Assembly: GCF_022763525.1 (NCBI RefSeq)
Contig: NZ_JALEGG010000087.1
Coordinates: 1,691-65,690, forward strand
Direction: 5' to 3'
Origin: Acidovorax sp.
Lineage (GTDB): Bacteria > Pseudomonadota > Gammaproteobacteria > Burkholderiales > Burkholderiaceae_C
Length of the DNA: 64,000 nucleotides
The notes beneath the pieces were generated by a model. That model searched no databases, had not been told where the DNA came from, and saw nothing but the letters and a program-made list of their open reading frames with translations. How positions within the stretch are numbered: position 1 is the first letter of the stretch; each line of letters opens with the position of its first letter. Position numbers and translations under genes: made by a program. Shown here in pieces: positions 18,505 through 28,299 of the stretch.

Positions 18505-18900
18505 TCGGCAGCGGTGTGCCAGGCAGGAGTGCGCCGTGGCTTATTGCACACAGTTTTCGCCTGCGAGGGGGGGAATATGGTGAAAAATGTGAACTGAGAG
18601 TTTGCGCGCCAGAAAAGGGAAGCGGGGCAAAGTGCGATCCGTAGCGAGGTCTCTTTCCCACCTCCCGCTTCGATGCCTTCCGCCGCAGGCTCCCCGCACC
18701 CATTTGAAAGTACCGGACATGAGACCGCATATTCATCCTGCAGACGGAGCTTCTGGTCCTTGTGGATTCCACGGGTTTTCGGGTTGTGCCGGGCGTGTGT
18801 CGGATGTGGCCGCCGGGCGCAGCCCTTTGCGCCCGGGTGGCAAGCTGCTGGGGACGCTCGGGCTGCTGAACATCGCGTGGCCCTGCACCCGGGTTCTGCC

Positions 18901-20001
18901 ATGAGCCGCCTCCGCCATCGCATCGCGATCGCCTGTGCAGCCCTGGGCTTGCTGTGCGCGGGCGTGCCGCAGGCCGGAGGCCAAACCGCGACACCCAGTT
19001 CCGCGCCCGCCGCGGCGGCGGCGCCGTACAAGCTGCGCATCGTCGGCGGCTTGGCCGGCATCAACCAGTACACGCGCCAGGAAGAACCGTTCTGGAGCAA
19101 GGAACTGTTGCGCCTGAGCGGCGGGCGGTACGATGCCGAGATCGTGCCCTTCGACCGCGCAGGCGTGCCTGGCACCGAGATGCTTCGGCTCCTGCAACTG
19201 GGCGTTGTGCCGTTTGGCACCACGCTCATGAGCTCCTTCACGGCCCAGTACCCTGAATACACCGCCCCCGATCTGGCGGGCCTCAATCCCGACATCGCCA
19301 CGCTCAAGTCCACCCTGGCCGCATTTCGCCCCTACCTGGAAAAGCGGATGCGCGAGCAGCATGGCGTGGAGCCGCTGGCCGTGTATGTGTACCCGGCCCA
19401 GGTGGTCTTCTGCAAGAAGCCACTGCGTGGCCTGGCCGACTTGGCAGGACGCCGCACCCGCGTGTCTTCGTCCACCCAGGCGGACTTTGTCGCCGCACTG
19501 GGCGGTGTGGCCGTGCTGACGGGGTTTGCCCAGATCGTGCCCAGCCTCACCGATGGCAACACCGAGTGCGCGATCACCGGCACCATGTCGGGCAACACAC
19601 TGGGCTTGCCCGGCATCACCACCCACGTACATGCCATGCCGATCACCTGGGGCTTGGCGATTTTCGGGGCCAACCGTGCGGCGTGGGAGGCTCTGCCGCC
19701 CGATCTCCGGGCGCTGCTGCGCCGGGAATTGCCTCGGCTGGAGGCCGCCATCTGGGACGAGTCCGAGCGCGAGACCTCCGATGGCATGGCCTGCAACCGG
19801 GGTCTGCCTACTTGCCAGGGCGGTCGCAAGGGCAAGATGGTGATGGTGCCAATCTCTGCCCAGGATGAGCGCAGCCGTCAGGAGATCCTGGCCTCCACGG
19901 TGTTGCCGCGCTGGGTTCAGCGCTGCGGAGTGCGGTGTGCCCAAGTCTGGAACCAGACCATCGGCCCCGTCCGAGGCGTGTCTGCGAGCGCAGCCAAATG
20001 A
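18901..20001 (+). CDS. Periplasmic solute-binding protein, TRAP DctP-like family (tentative); no DctQM partner
   Basis: Start moved to ATG 18901 (MSRLRHRIAIACAALGLLCAGVPQAGG signal peptide). DctP-like pattern ...GTEMLRLLQLGVVPFG...LRGLADLAGRRTRVSS...ALGGVAVL...TDGNTECAITG.... Cys-rich C-terminus. The TGA stop overlaps the ATG of the next gene. Confidence 0.55.
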   Translation: MSRLRHRIAIACAALGLLCAGVPQAGGQTATPSSAPAAAAAPYKLRIVGGLAGINQYTRQEEPFWSKELLRLSGGRYDAEIVPFDRAGVPGTEMLRLLQLGVVPFGTTLMSSFTAQYPEYTAPDLAGLNPDIATLKSTLAAFRPYLEKRMREQHGVEPLAVYVYPAQVVFCKKPLRGLADLAGRRTRVSSSTQADFVAALGGVAVLTGFAQIVPSLTDGNTECAITGTMSGNTLGLPGITTHVHAMPITWGLAIFGANRAAWEALPPDLRALLRRELPRLEAAIWDESERETSDGMACNRGLPTCQGGRKGKMVMVPISAQDERSRQEILASTVLPRWVQRCGVRCAQVWNQTIGPVRGVSASAAK

Positions 20002-22715
20002 GGGATTCCCCGACGCCACGACGCATCAGGGCTTTTGTGTGGGCAGCGACCATGGTGTTCATGGGCGCTGTGGTGCTGGTGTCCGTGGCGCTGGTCATGA
20101 ATGCGCGCCGGGTCGCGCTGGATGATTACGAAGCCCAGGCCAGCCGCTTCGTCGCGGGCGCCGAATCGGCGCTCAACCGTTCCCTGCTGGCCGTGGATGT
20201 GCTGCTGGCCAGCATGGATGAGTTGCTGGGCCTGTCGGTGGCGGTGAACGACTGGGTGGATGCGGCCCCGGCCAGCGAGCGCCTGCGCAGCTCGGCCCGG
20301 CAGAACCTGATGGTGCGCTACGTGGCATTGCTCAATGCCCAGGGCCAGACCCTGGCGTCGTCGGACGCTTCGGGTGGCGCCCTGGCAGTGCAGCTGCCCC
20401 CAGGCTTTCTCGCGTCGGTGCTGGAGCAGTCCGTCTCCACGCTCATGGTGAGCCCGCCGGTCGTGAGCTTCACCACGGCCGAACGCGTGCTGTACTTTGC
20501 GCGCCACCTGCGCATGGCCGACAGTACCCGGGTAGTGGCGGTGGCCGAAGTGCCAGTGGGGGCGCTCAGCTCGGTGCTGGTTCAGGGCGTGGACATCAGC
20601 GGCCTGCAGGTCACGCTGGAGCGGGCCGGCGGCGAACTGCTGCTGAGCGTGCCCCACCGCGAAGAGCCGGCCGCCCCCTTGCTGAAGCCCCCTTTGCACG
20701 AGGTGACTTCCGCTGGGCACGAATGGCGCGCCGCTGCCCGGCTCAGTGGTGACCCCGCGCTGGTCGTGTACCGGCCCGTGCTGTACCAGGACCTGCGCAT
20801 CTCCGCGAGCATTCCATTGCGCGACGCACTGGCGGGCTGGCGCGAGCAGCGCACGGCCATCGGGCTCACGGGATTGCTGTTCGTGGCAATGATCGCGGCC
20901 GCCGGCGTTCTGGCGCTGCGCTATCTGGACCGCCTCTCGCTCGCGCGCATCGCGATCGCGCAGTCCAAGGCCACGCTCGACCAGGCACTGGAATCGATGG
21001 TGAGCGGCTTCCTGCTGCTGGACGGGGAGCAACGCGTCGTGCAGTGGAACAGTCGGTTCGAGGAGATCTTTCCGTGGCTTCGCGGCGTGATCGCCCCCAT
21101 GCTGCCGTTTCGCCGCGTGATGGAGGAAACCTCGCGGCATCACCTGCCGCGCGCCAGCGAGGAGGAGCGCATGCGCTGGGTCGAGCTGCGGCTGCTCAAG
21201 CAGAAGCAGCACCAGGAGCCGCATGAGCAGGTGCTGCCCAATGGCCGCACCATCCAGATCACCGAGCGGCCCACGCCCGAAGGCGGGCTGGTCATCACCT
21301 ACCACGACGTGACGGCCCTGCGCCGCGCCAGCGCCGAGATCGAGAGCCTGGCGTTCTACGACCCGCTGACCAACCTGCCCAACCGGCGCCTGCTCATGGA
21401 CCGCATGCAACAGGTGGTGGCGGCCAGTGTGCGCAGCGGGCAGTATGGCGCGCTGCTGTTCCTGGACCTCGACCATTTCAAGACGCTGAACGATACCCAG
21501 GGCCACGAGGTGGGCGACATGCTGCTGCGCCAGGTGGCCGATCGCCTGAAGACCTGCGTGCGCCGTGAGGACACCGTGGCACGGCTGGGGGGAGACGAGT
21601 TCGTGGTGATGCTGCATGAGCTGTCGACCCGCAGCGAAGAGGCGGCCGCGTATGCGCGGCGCGTGGGCGAGAAGATCCTGCGCGCACTCAACGTGCCATA
21701 TTCGCTGGGTGCGCTCAGCTACCACAGCACCCCCAGCATTGGCGCGACGCTGATGGGCGGGCCGCTGCAGCCCGGTGGCGTGGATCCACTCAAGCAGGCT
21801 GACATCGCCATGTACCAGGTCAAGTCGCAGGGGCGCAATGCGCTTTGCTTCTTCGACCCGGAGATGCAGATCGCCATCAGTGCCCGGGCCCAGTTGGAGA
21901 CCGATCTGCAGACGGCCCTCGCGGCGCGCCAGTTCGTGCTGTACTACCAGCCCCAGTTCCACCTGGACGGGCGCATGGTGGGTGCGGAAGCCCTGATCCG
22001 CTGGGTCCACCCCGAGCGCGGGCTGATTGCGCCCGGCGCCTTCATTGGCGTGGCGGAAGAGAGCGAACTGATCGTCCCCATGGGCCACTGGGTGCTGCGC
22101 ACGGCCTGCGAGCAACTGGCGGCCTGGCAGAGCGACCCGCGCTGCAGCCACCTCCAGCTGTCGGTCAACGTGAGCGCGCGGCAGTTCCGCCAACGCGATT
22201 TTGTGGCCCGCGTGGTCGAGGTGCTGCGCGAGACCGGCGCGCGGCCGCACTTGCTCAAGCTGGAGTTGACCGAGTCGCTGGTGCTCGACGATGTGGAGGA
22301 CACCGTCGCCAAGATGGGCCTGCTCAAGACCAAGGGTGTGCGGTTTTCCGTGGACGACTTCGGAACCGGGTATTCGTCGCTGGCCTACCTCACGCGGCTG
22401 CCGCTGGACCAGCTCAAGATTGACCAGTCCTTCGTGCACAACCTGGCCGTGCGCCACACGGACGACGTGATCGTGCAGACCATCATCGGCATGGCGCGCA
22501 ACCTGGAGCTCGACGTGATCGCTGAGGGTGTGGAAACCCTCACCCAGAAAAACCTGCTGGCGGAATATGGCTGCCAGCTCTTCCAGGGCTACCTCATGGG
22601 CATGCCCGGTCCGGTGGAAGAGCTGGAAGCGCTACTGCACAACGGCGCGGTGGTGGCGCCGCCTCCCGGCGCTCCGGCGGGGGCTGCGTCGACAGCGCCA
22701 GACGCTGCGGCCTGA
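19998..22715 (+). CDS. Membrane sensor protein with periplasmic domain-TM-PAS-GGDEF-EAL
   Basis: Start moved to ATG 19998 (MRDSPTPRRIRAF...). Two TMs bracket a ~270-aa periplasmic domain, followed by a PAS region. Contains GGDEF with an RxxD I-site (RREDTVARLGGDEF) and an EAL domain (EALIRW, ELTES, DDFGTGYSSL, KIDQSF). Confidence 0.9.
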   Translation: MRDSPTPRRIRAFVWAATMVFMGAVVLVSVALVMNARRVALDDYEAQASRFVAGAESALNRSLLAVDVLLASMDELLGLSVAVNDWVDAAPASERLRSSARQNLMVRYVALLNAQGQTLASSDASGGALAVQLPPGFLASVLEQSVSTLMVSPPVVSFTTAERVLYFARHLRMADSTRVVAVAEVPVGALSSVLVQGVDISGLQVTLERAGGELLLSVPHREEPAAPLLKPPLHEVTSAGHEWRAAARLSGDPALVVYRPVLYQDLRISASIPLRDALAGWREQRTAIGLTGLLFVAMIAAAGVLALRYLDRLSLARIAIAQSKATLDQALESMVSGFLLLDGEQRVVQWNSRFEEIFPWLRGVIAPMLPFRRVMEETSRHHLPRASEEERMRWVELRLLKQKQHQEPHEQVLPNGRTIQITERPTPEGGLVITYHDVTALRRASAEIESLAFYDPLTNLPNRRLLMDRMQQVVAASVRSGQYGALLFLDLDHFKTLNDTQGHEVGDMLLRQVADRLKTCVRREDTVARLGGDEFVVMLHELSTRSEEAAAYARRVGEKILRALNVPYSLGALSYHSTPSIGATLMGGPLQPGGVDPLKQADIAMYQVKSQGRNALCFFDPEMQIAISARAQLETDLQTALAARQFVLYYQPQFHLDGRMVGAEALIRWVHPERGLIAPGAFIGVAEESELIVPMGHWVLRTACEQLAAWQSDPRCSHLQLSVNVSARQFRQRDFVARVVEVLRETGARPHLLKLELTESLVLDDVEDTVAKMGLLKTKGVRFSVDDFGTGYSSLAYLTRLPLDQLKIDQSFVHNLAVRHTDDVIVQTIIGMARNLELDVIAEGVETLTQKNLLAEYGCQLFQGYLMGMPGPVEELEALLHNGAVVAPPPGAPAGAASTAPDAAA

Positions 22716-22767
22716 GCAAGGGCCAGAAAAGCGAGCTTCCTTCCTGCGCGCTTCTTGCAAGGGGTCG

Positions 22768-23667
22768 CTACTTGCGCGATGACACCACAATGCCGCCCAC
22801 AATGAGCGCAAAGGCCAGGCCGTGGAACAGCTGCGGCGTCTCGCCCAGGAACGCGGCCGACAGGATGCCGGCAAACAGCGGTGTCAGGTTGACAAAAAAA
22901 CCGGCCACCGCCGGCCCTGCACGCTGCACACCCACACCCCAGCACCGGTAGGCCAGCACGGCCGGCCCCACGGCGATGAATGCCAATGCGGCCGCCAGCG
23001 GCCAGCCCCATGCGATGTGGGTGCGGCCGGTGGCCCACTCGGCACCGGCAAAGCTGCCCGACCAGGCCAGGCCGAACACCATCTGCGCCATCAGGAATGC
23101 GGCCCAATCGCCGCGGATGTTGGAGGGCTCGCTCGTGCGGGACAGCAGCCAGCTGTAGAACGCCCATGAGATGGTGGCCAGCAGCATGAACAGATCGCCC
23201 GGCACCAGACGGAAGGCCAGCAGCTGCGCCCATTCGCCCCGGCTGAGCACCAGCAGCACGCCGCACATCGACAGCAGCGCGCCCAGCAGCTGCCGCCGCG
23301 TCACGGCCGCGCCAAAGAACAGCGCGCCCACGGCCAGCATCCACACCGGCATGCTGGAGCCCACCAGCGTCACGTTGATGGGCGTGGAGGTCTGCAGCGC
23401 CATGTACTGCAGCGCGTTGTAGGCGCCGATGCCCAGGAGCCCCAGCAGTGCATAGCGGCGCCAGTGCGGCCACAGCGGGCTGTCTTTGCGCAGCACTTGG
23501 TGCGCCAGCGGCAGCAGGATGAAGAACGCCAGCACCCAGCGGATGAAGTTCAGCGTGATGGGAGGAATCAGATCGTGGACCAGGCGCCCGGTGACGGCAT
23601 TGCCGGCCCACAGCAGGGGCGGAACCACCAGCAGCACGGCCGTGCCGGGTGTGAGTTTTTGAGTCAT
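22768..23667 (-). CDS. EamA/DMT-family transporter
   Basis: Only the C-terminal 299 aa of the 756-aa track ORF are used, with the start at ATG 23667 (MTQKLTPGTAVLLVVPPLLWAGN...). Ten-TM DMT pattern. Confidence 0.8.
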   Translation of the reverse strand: MTQKLTPGTAVLLVVPPLLWAGNAVTGRLVHDLIPPITLNFIRWVLAFFILLPLAHQVLRKDSPLWPHWRRYALLGLLGIGAYNALQYMALQTSTPINVTLVGSSMPVWMLAVGALFFGAAVTRRQLLGALLSMCGVLLVLSRGEWAQLLAFRLVPGDLFMLLATISWAFYSWLLSRTSEPSNIRGDWAAFLMAQMVFGLAWSGSFAGAEWATGRTHIAWGWPLAAALAFIAVGPAVLAYRCWGVGVQRAGPAVAGFFVNLTPLFAGILSAAFLGETPQLFHGLAFALIVGGIVVSSRK

Positions 23668-23880
23668 GGGGCTGCACTGTAACGGTGCGCGCGTTGCGCT
23701 GCAGCAAACTGCGGGAACGCCCTTGAAGGAGACCGGGCAGATGGGTGCGGCGGTAGGCGCCATCTGCCGATTCGTGGCAGGATGGCCGCCGTTTTGGTGT
23801 GTGTCGGCCCGGCCGGTACCTCGTTCCCCCCATTCGTCCGCTTTCCATTTTCCGTTCGTCCGTTCGCCACAGGAGCCCCC

Positions 23881-24867
23881 ATGAGCCTTGCCGTCCAGAT
23901 CCGCCAGCACGGTGGACCCGAAGAACTCCACCTCGTCGATGTTCCCGTCGGCGAGCCCGGTCCGGGCGAGGTGCGCATCCGCCACCACGCCATCGGCCTG
24001 AACTTCATCGACGTGTACCACCGCACCGGCCTGTACCCGCTGGGCATGCCAGCCACCATCGGCATGGAGGGCGCGGGCGTGATCGAAGCCGTGGGCGAAG
24101 GCGTCACGCACCTCCAGGTGGGCGACCGGGCTGCCTATGCCAGCAACCCGCCCGGCGCGTACAGCGAGGCGCGCGTGATGCCCGCCAAGTGCGTGTGCAA
24201 GCTGCCCGACGCGATCAGTTTCGAGACCGGCGCAGCCATGATGCTCAAGGGCCTGACGGCGCAGTACCTGCTCAAGAAAACGCTGCCCGTGGAGGGCCTG
24301 CAACCTGGCGACCATGTGCTTTTCCACGCGGCGGCGGGCGGCGTGGGGCTGATTGCCACGCAGTGGGCCAAGGCCCTGGGCCTGCAGCTGATCGCCACTG
24401 CCGGCTCCGACGCCAAATGCCAGCTCGCGCTGGCCAACGGCGCTGCCCATGCCATCAACTATCAGCAGGAAGACTTCGCGGCCCGGGTCAAGGAGATCAC
24501 CGGCGGCAAGGGGGTGAAGGTGGTGTACGACTCGGTGGGCAAGGACACCTGGGACAAGTCGCTCGAGTGCCTTCGCCCCTTTGGCTTGATGGCCAGCTTT
24601 GGCAACGCCTCGGGTCCCGTGCCACCGTTCGCGCCCGGCAGCCTGGGCGCCAAGGGCTCGCTCTACGTCACGCGCCAGACACTGTTCACCCACATCGCCA
24701 CGCGCGAGTCCACCCAGGCCATGGCCGACGACCTGTTCGCCGTGGTGGCCAGCGGCCAGGTCAAGATCCACATCGACCAGCGCTACCCGCTGGCCGAGGT
24801 GCAGCAGGCGCATCGCGACCTGGAGGCACGCAAGACCACGGGCTCCACGATCCTCACACTGTCGTGA
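23881..24867 (+). CDS. qor: NADPH:quinone oxidoreductase (zeta-crystallin/MDR family)
   Basis: Start moved to ATG 23881 (MSLAVQIRQHGGPEELHLVDVPVGEPGPGEVRIRHHAIGLNFIDVY...). AAAGGVG nucleotide-binding motif. Confidence 0.85.
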   Translation: MSLAVQIRQHGGPEELHLVDVPVGEPGPGEVRIRHHAIGLNFIDVYHRTGLYPLGMPATIGMEGAGVIEAVGEGVTHLQVGDRAAYASNPPGAYSEARVMPAKCVCKLPDAISFETGAAMMLKGLTAQYLLKKTLPVEGLQPGDHVLFHAAAGGVGLIATQWAKALGLQLIATAGSDAKCQLALANGAAHAINYQQEDFAARVKEITGGKGVKVVYDSVGKDTWDKSLECLRPFGLMASFGNASGPVPPFAPGSLGAKGSLYVTRQTLFTHIATRESTQAMADDLFAVVASGQVKIHIDQRYPLAEVQQAHRDLEARKTTGSTILTLS

Positions 24868-25682
24868 CTGCCGCGCTGCAAGCCTGGCTGCAGGCGGCGC
24901 GCCAGCGCGCGCAGCAGCCGCCTGCCCAGCCGCGCCTGCCCCTGTGGGTGGCCGGGCAGTCCGTTGGATCGGTGGCGGAGGGGGTTTTGAATGAAATTGG
25001 CCTCCAGCGCTTGAAGGACAAGCGCTATAAGCTATCAAAGCAGGAGCATTCTGCCGGAGTAGCCTGGCACCTGGATGTGCCTGTGGCGGCAGCCACTGAC
25101 GCCCTCAATACCCTGGCTGCCGCGTTGCGCGATGCCGACCTTTGCGGCCCCTGGCGGAGCGAGCAGTTGGCGGTGTGCAACCCGGCGGGCGAGCGTGTGG
25201 CCACGGTGGAGCGCGGTGCCGTGCGTGTGCTGGGCATCTCCACTTCCGCCGTGCACCTGGTCGGCCAGGCGGTGGATGGGCGCATGTGGGTGCAAAGGCG
25301 CGCCCTCACCAAGCCCAACGACCCCGGGCTGTGGGACACGCTGATGGGCGGCATGATCGCCGCCACCGATTCGCTGCAGCAGGCCCTGGTGCGCGAAACC
25401 TGGGAAGAGGCCGGCCTGCGCGTGGCCGACCTGCACCAGGTCTCGCATGGCGGCCACGTGCTTTTCAGCCGCCCCAGCAGCGAAGCCAGCGGCACAGGCT
25501 ACATGGTGGAACGCATCGACTGGTTCCGCGCCACGGTCCCCCAAGGCCTGACGCCTGCCAACCAGGACGGCGAGGTGGACGAGTTCGCGCTGCGCACCCC
25601 TGAAGAGCTGTACGCCCAGGTGGCAGACGGCCGTTTCACGCTGGAAGCCGCGCTGGTGATGGCCGCGCACTGGGGGCTGTAG
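24864..25682 (+). CDS. NUDIX hydrolase (DUF4743-like N-terminus, tentative)
   Basis: GTG start at 24864 overlaps the qor stop (GTGA). NUDIX box ...GGMIAATDSLQQALVRETWEEAGL.... Only the last 272 codons of the 627-aa track ORF are used. Confidence 0.7.
   Translation: MTAALQAWLQAARQRAQQPPAQPRLPLWVAGQSVGSVAEGVLNEIGLQRLKDKRYKLSKQEHSAGVAWHLDVPVAAATDALNTLAAALRDADLCGPWRSEQLAVCNPAGERVATVERGAVRVLGISTSAVHLVGQAVDGRMWVQRRALTKPNDPGLWDTLMGGMIAATDSLQQALVRETWEEAGLRVADLHQVSHGGHVLFSRPSSEASGTGYMVERIDWFRATVPQGLTPANQDGEVDEFALRTPEELYAQVADGRFTLEAALVMAAHWGL
24984..25043 (-). repeat. SAR repeat copy inside the NUDIX gene (antisense orientation)
   Basis: The reverse complement reads cTGCTttGATAGCTtatAGCGCTTGtccttCAAGCGCTgGAGGCCaatttcattcaaaac. 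Translated in frame as VLNEIGLQRLKDKRYKLSKQ. Confidence 0.7.
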
Positions 25683-25785
25683 CTGATCGCGCCGGCAGCG
25701 CTGCAGTGGGGCTGCAGACGCCTTATGGTCCAACGTCCGGAGCGGGCGGATCCCAGTCCCGGCGTCGCAGGCGCACAGCGCAGCT

Positions 25786-27438
25786 TTAAGCCTGCTCGTT
25801 CAGCGCACGCAGCCGACTGGGCGCCAGCGCGCCGGCCGATTCGAGGATGGGGTAAGCGACCGAGCACAGCAGCGAGTTGATGCGCTTGAGCTCGCTGATC
25901 AGGTCGATGTGCAGGGAACTGGTCTCGATGCTCTGCACTGTGTTGTCGGACAGCCGCGCGAGGTGGGTGGCCGAGTACGCGTGCTCCAGGTCGCGGAAAC
26001 GCGCTTTTTCTTCCAACAGCTTTTGCGCATCGCGCACACTGCCGTTCAGGAACACGCTCATCGCCAGCCGCAGGTTGTCGATCAGGCGGGCGTGCAGTTC
26101 GTTGATCTCTTCCATGCCCGCCTCGGAGAACTGGCGTCCCTTCTTGATCTTCTTGTCCTCGATGTCGATGAGTACGCGCTCGATGATGTCGCCGATCTGC
26201 TCCATGTTGATCGTGAAGCTGATGATGTCGGCCCAGCGGCGGCCCTCGCGTTCGTCCAGGGCCTCGCGCGAGATCTTGGTCATGTAGTACTTGATGGCCG
26301 AGTACAGGCCATCCACCTCGTCGTCGAGCTTGCGCAGGTCCTGCGCGAGCTGCAGGTCGTCGGTGCGGATCACCTTGTGCAGGCCCAGCAGCATGGACTC
26401 GACCACGTCGGCTTGGTGCAGCGCCTCGCGGGCGGCGCAGGAGATGGCCAGCGAGGGCGTGGCCAGGGCCGAAGGGTCCAGATGCTGCGGACGCGTGCCC
26501 GCCGCCTGCGCCTTTTCATGGGGCAGCAGGCGCTGCACCGCGCGCGCCACCGTGCCGGTCAGACCGATGCAGATGATGCCGACCACGACGTTGAACGCCA
26601 GATGGAACAGCACCACCAGCGTCGCAATGTCGGGCACATAAGGGCGCACGTGCTTCAGCCAGAGGCCGGCGACCGGGGTCATGATGACGACGCCGATGAT
26701 CTTGAAAAAGAGGTTGCCCAGTGGTACCTGGCGGGTCTGCACGTTGGCCTTCAGCGTGGTCAGCACGGCGAGCACTCCGCTGCCCAGGTTGGCGCCCAGC
26801 ACGAGGCCGAGGGCCACATCGGGCGGAATGCCGCCCGAGCCTGCCAGCGCGGCGGTGAGCAGCACGGTGGCGAGGCTCGAATAGGCGACGATCGCCAGGA
26901 CCGAGCCGGTGAAAATTTCGAGCAGCAGGTCGCTGGTCAGCGCCCCCAGCAGGGTGCGCACGGTGGGCGACTGGGTGAGCACCGTGGTGGATTCGGTGAT
27001 GAGCCGCAGTGCCAGCAGCATCAGGCCGAGCCCGATGAGCACGCGGCCCACGCGGCCCACGGCCGTGTCCTTGCGTGAAATGAAGAGCACGACGCCCGCG
27101 AAGATAAACAGTGGGGAGAGCCATGAAAGGTCCATCGAGAACACCACGGCCATGACGCTGGTGCCCACGTCCGCCCCCAGCATCACGGCCAGCGCAGCCG
27201 GCAGCCCGACCAGCCCCTGGCCCACGAAGGACGACACGATGAGTGCCGTTGCCGTGCTGGACTGCACCACCGCCGTCACTCCCAAGCCGGACAGCACGGC
27301 GGTGAAGCGGTTGCTGACGCTGCGCGCAATCAGCTGGCGCAAATTGGCGCCAAATACGCGCAGGATGCCGGTGCGCACCAGGTGCGTGCCCCAGATCAGC
27401 AGTGAGACAGCTGCCAGCAGATTCAAAAGATGCTTCAT
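25786..27438 (-). CDS. Na+/phosphate cotransporter family protein with C-terminal PhoU-like domains
   Basis: 550-aa ORF with an N-terminal Na/Pi symporter membrane domain (MKHLLNLLAAVSLLIWGTHLVRTGILR...) and a C-terminal PhoU-like helical repeats. Confidence 0.85.
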   Translation of the reverse strand: MKHLLNLLAAVSLLIWGTHLVRTGILRVFGANLRQLIARSVSNRFTAVLSGLGVTAVVQSSTATALIVSSFVGQGLVGLPAALAVMLGADVGTSVMAVVFSMDLSWLSPLFIFAGVVLFISRKDTAVGRVGRVLIGLGLMLLALRLITESTTVLTQSPTVRTLLGALTSDLLLEIFTGSVLAIVAYSSLATVLLTAALAGSGGIPPDVALGLVLGANLGSGVLAVLTTLKANVQTRQVPLGNLFFKIIGVVIMTPVAGLWLKHVRPYVPDIATLVVLFHLAFNVVVGIICIGLTGTVARAVQRLLPHEKAQAAGTRPQHLDPSALATPSLAISCAAREALHQADVVESMLLGLHKVIRTDDLQLAQDLRKLDDEVDGLYSAIKYYMTKISREALDEREGRRWADIISFTINMEQIGDIIERVLIDIEDKKIKKGRQFSEAGMEEINELHARLIDNLRLAMSVFLNGSVRDAQKLLEEKARFRDLEHAYSATHLARLSDNTVQSIETSSLHIDLISELKRINSLLCSVAYPILESAGALAPSRLRALNEQA

Positions 27439-27628
27439 GAAAACCGTCGATTCTTCTTCTTGGAACGCGCGGACCGCGGCGCTGCGCTTTCAGGCGGTGG
27501 ATGGCGCCATCATGCACCCGCAACGCGGACACTCGCTACGGGGCCCGTGCCGGAAGATGGCTCCGATGTGCCATGCTGCACGGTGGCCGCATCTGGCGAT
27601 GTGCGGGCCGGGAACGGCACCCACCACT

Positions 27629-27644
27629 TGTCACAAATCTGACA
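27629..27644. promoter_or_regulatory. Candidate operator, inverted repeat TGTCA-N6-TGACA
   Basis: tTGTCAcaaatcTGACAt, about 190 nt upstream of the Na/Pi transporter start. The same palindrome occurs upstream of the DUF47-pit operon at 60477-60492. Confidence 0.35.
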
Positions 27645-27729
27645 TATGAGGATACCCGGGATTGCCGGCGCCCGGTGTAGGCAGATGCAGGCAACCGCGC
27701 CGGTGGACGGGATTTGGTGGCGCCCCATG

Positions 27730-27753
27730 AAAAAGGCCCGCGCAGGGCGGGCC
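27730..27753 (-). terminator. Rho-independent terminator after lspA
   Basis: On the minus strand: ggcccgc-cctgc-gcgggcc followed by ttttt. Lies 22 nt downstream of the lspA stop. Confidence 0.75.
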
Positions 27754-27774
27754 AGTCAGCTCTGGAGCGCCGTG

Positions 27775-28299
27775 TCAGCGCTCGCGGCGTACGCGCAGGA
27801 ACTCATCCAGGATCAGGCAGGCTGCGCCCACGCTGATGGCCATGTCGGCCACATTGAATGCCGGGAAGTGGCCGCCCGGGAAGATGCCCGAGAGAAACGT
27901 CCAGTGGAAGTCGAGGAAGTCCACCACGTAGCCGTGCATCAACCGGTCCACCACATTGCCCACGGCCCCGCCCAGAATGCTCGACAGCGCGAAGCCGAAG
28001 AGCTTCTGGCCCGGGTGCGCCCGCAGCTGCCACACGATGAACACCGTGGCCGCGAGGCCGATGCCGGTGAACAGCCACCGCTGCCAGCCCCCCGCGTCCT
28101 GCAGGAACGAGAACGCCGCCCCCGTGTTGTGCGCCCGCACGATGTTGAAGAAGCTGGTGATCACCGTGCCATCGCCCAGCTTGTAGTGCTCCAGGATGAG
28201 CGACTTGGTGACCTGGTCGGCCACCAGCAGCAGCACGGCCCAGGCCAGCCAGGGCCACATGCTTGCGCCGGATCGCCCGGCCAGCGACGACCGCGCCAT
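27775..28299 (-). CDS. lspA: Lipoprotein signal peptidase (signal peptidase II)
   Basis: Start moved to ATG 28299 ([10 protein letters not shown]...), which overlaps the ileS stop (ATGA). ...ADQVTKSLI...NTGAAFSFL...VVDFLDF... motifs. Confidence 0.9.
   Translation of the reverse strand: MARSSLAGRSGASMWPWLAWAVLLLVADQVTKSLILEHYKLGDGTVITSFFNIVRAHNTGAAFSFLQDAGGWQRWLFTGIGLAATVFIVWQLRAHPGQKLFGFALSSILGGAVGNVVDRLMHGYVVDFLDFHWTFLSGIFPGGHFPAFNVADMAISVGAACLILDEFLRVRRER

Noticed and set aside
23668-25038. N-terminal 457 aa of the 756-aa track ORF 22768..25038 (-)
   Set aside because: Only the last 299 aa form the DMT transporter, which starts at 23667. The upstream part is antisense to qor and NUDIX and is low-complexity.
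27628-27645. Reading the TTGTCAC-AAAT-CTGACAT site as a canonical PhoB Pho box
   Set aside because: The second half-site has A where the Pho-box direct repeat needs T, and the same deviation occurs in the pit-operon site. This makes both sites inverted repeats. I kept it as an unassigned palindromic operator candidate instead.
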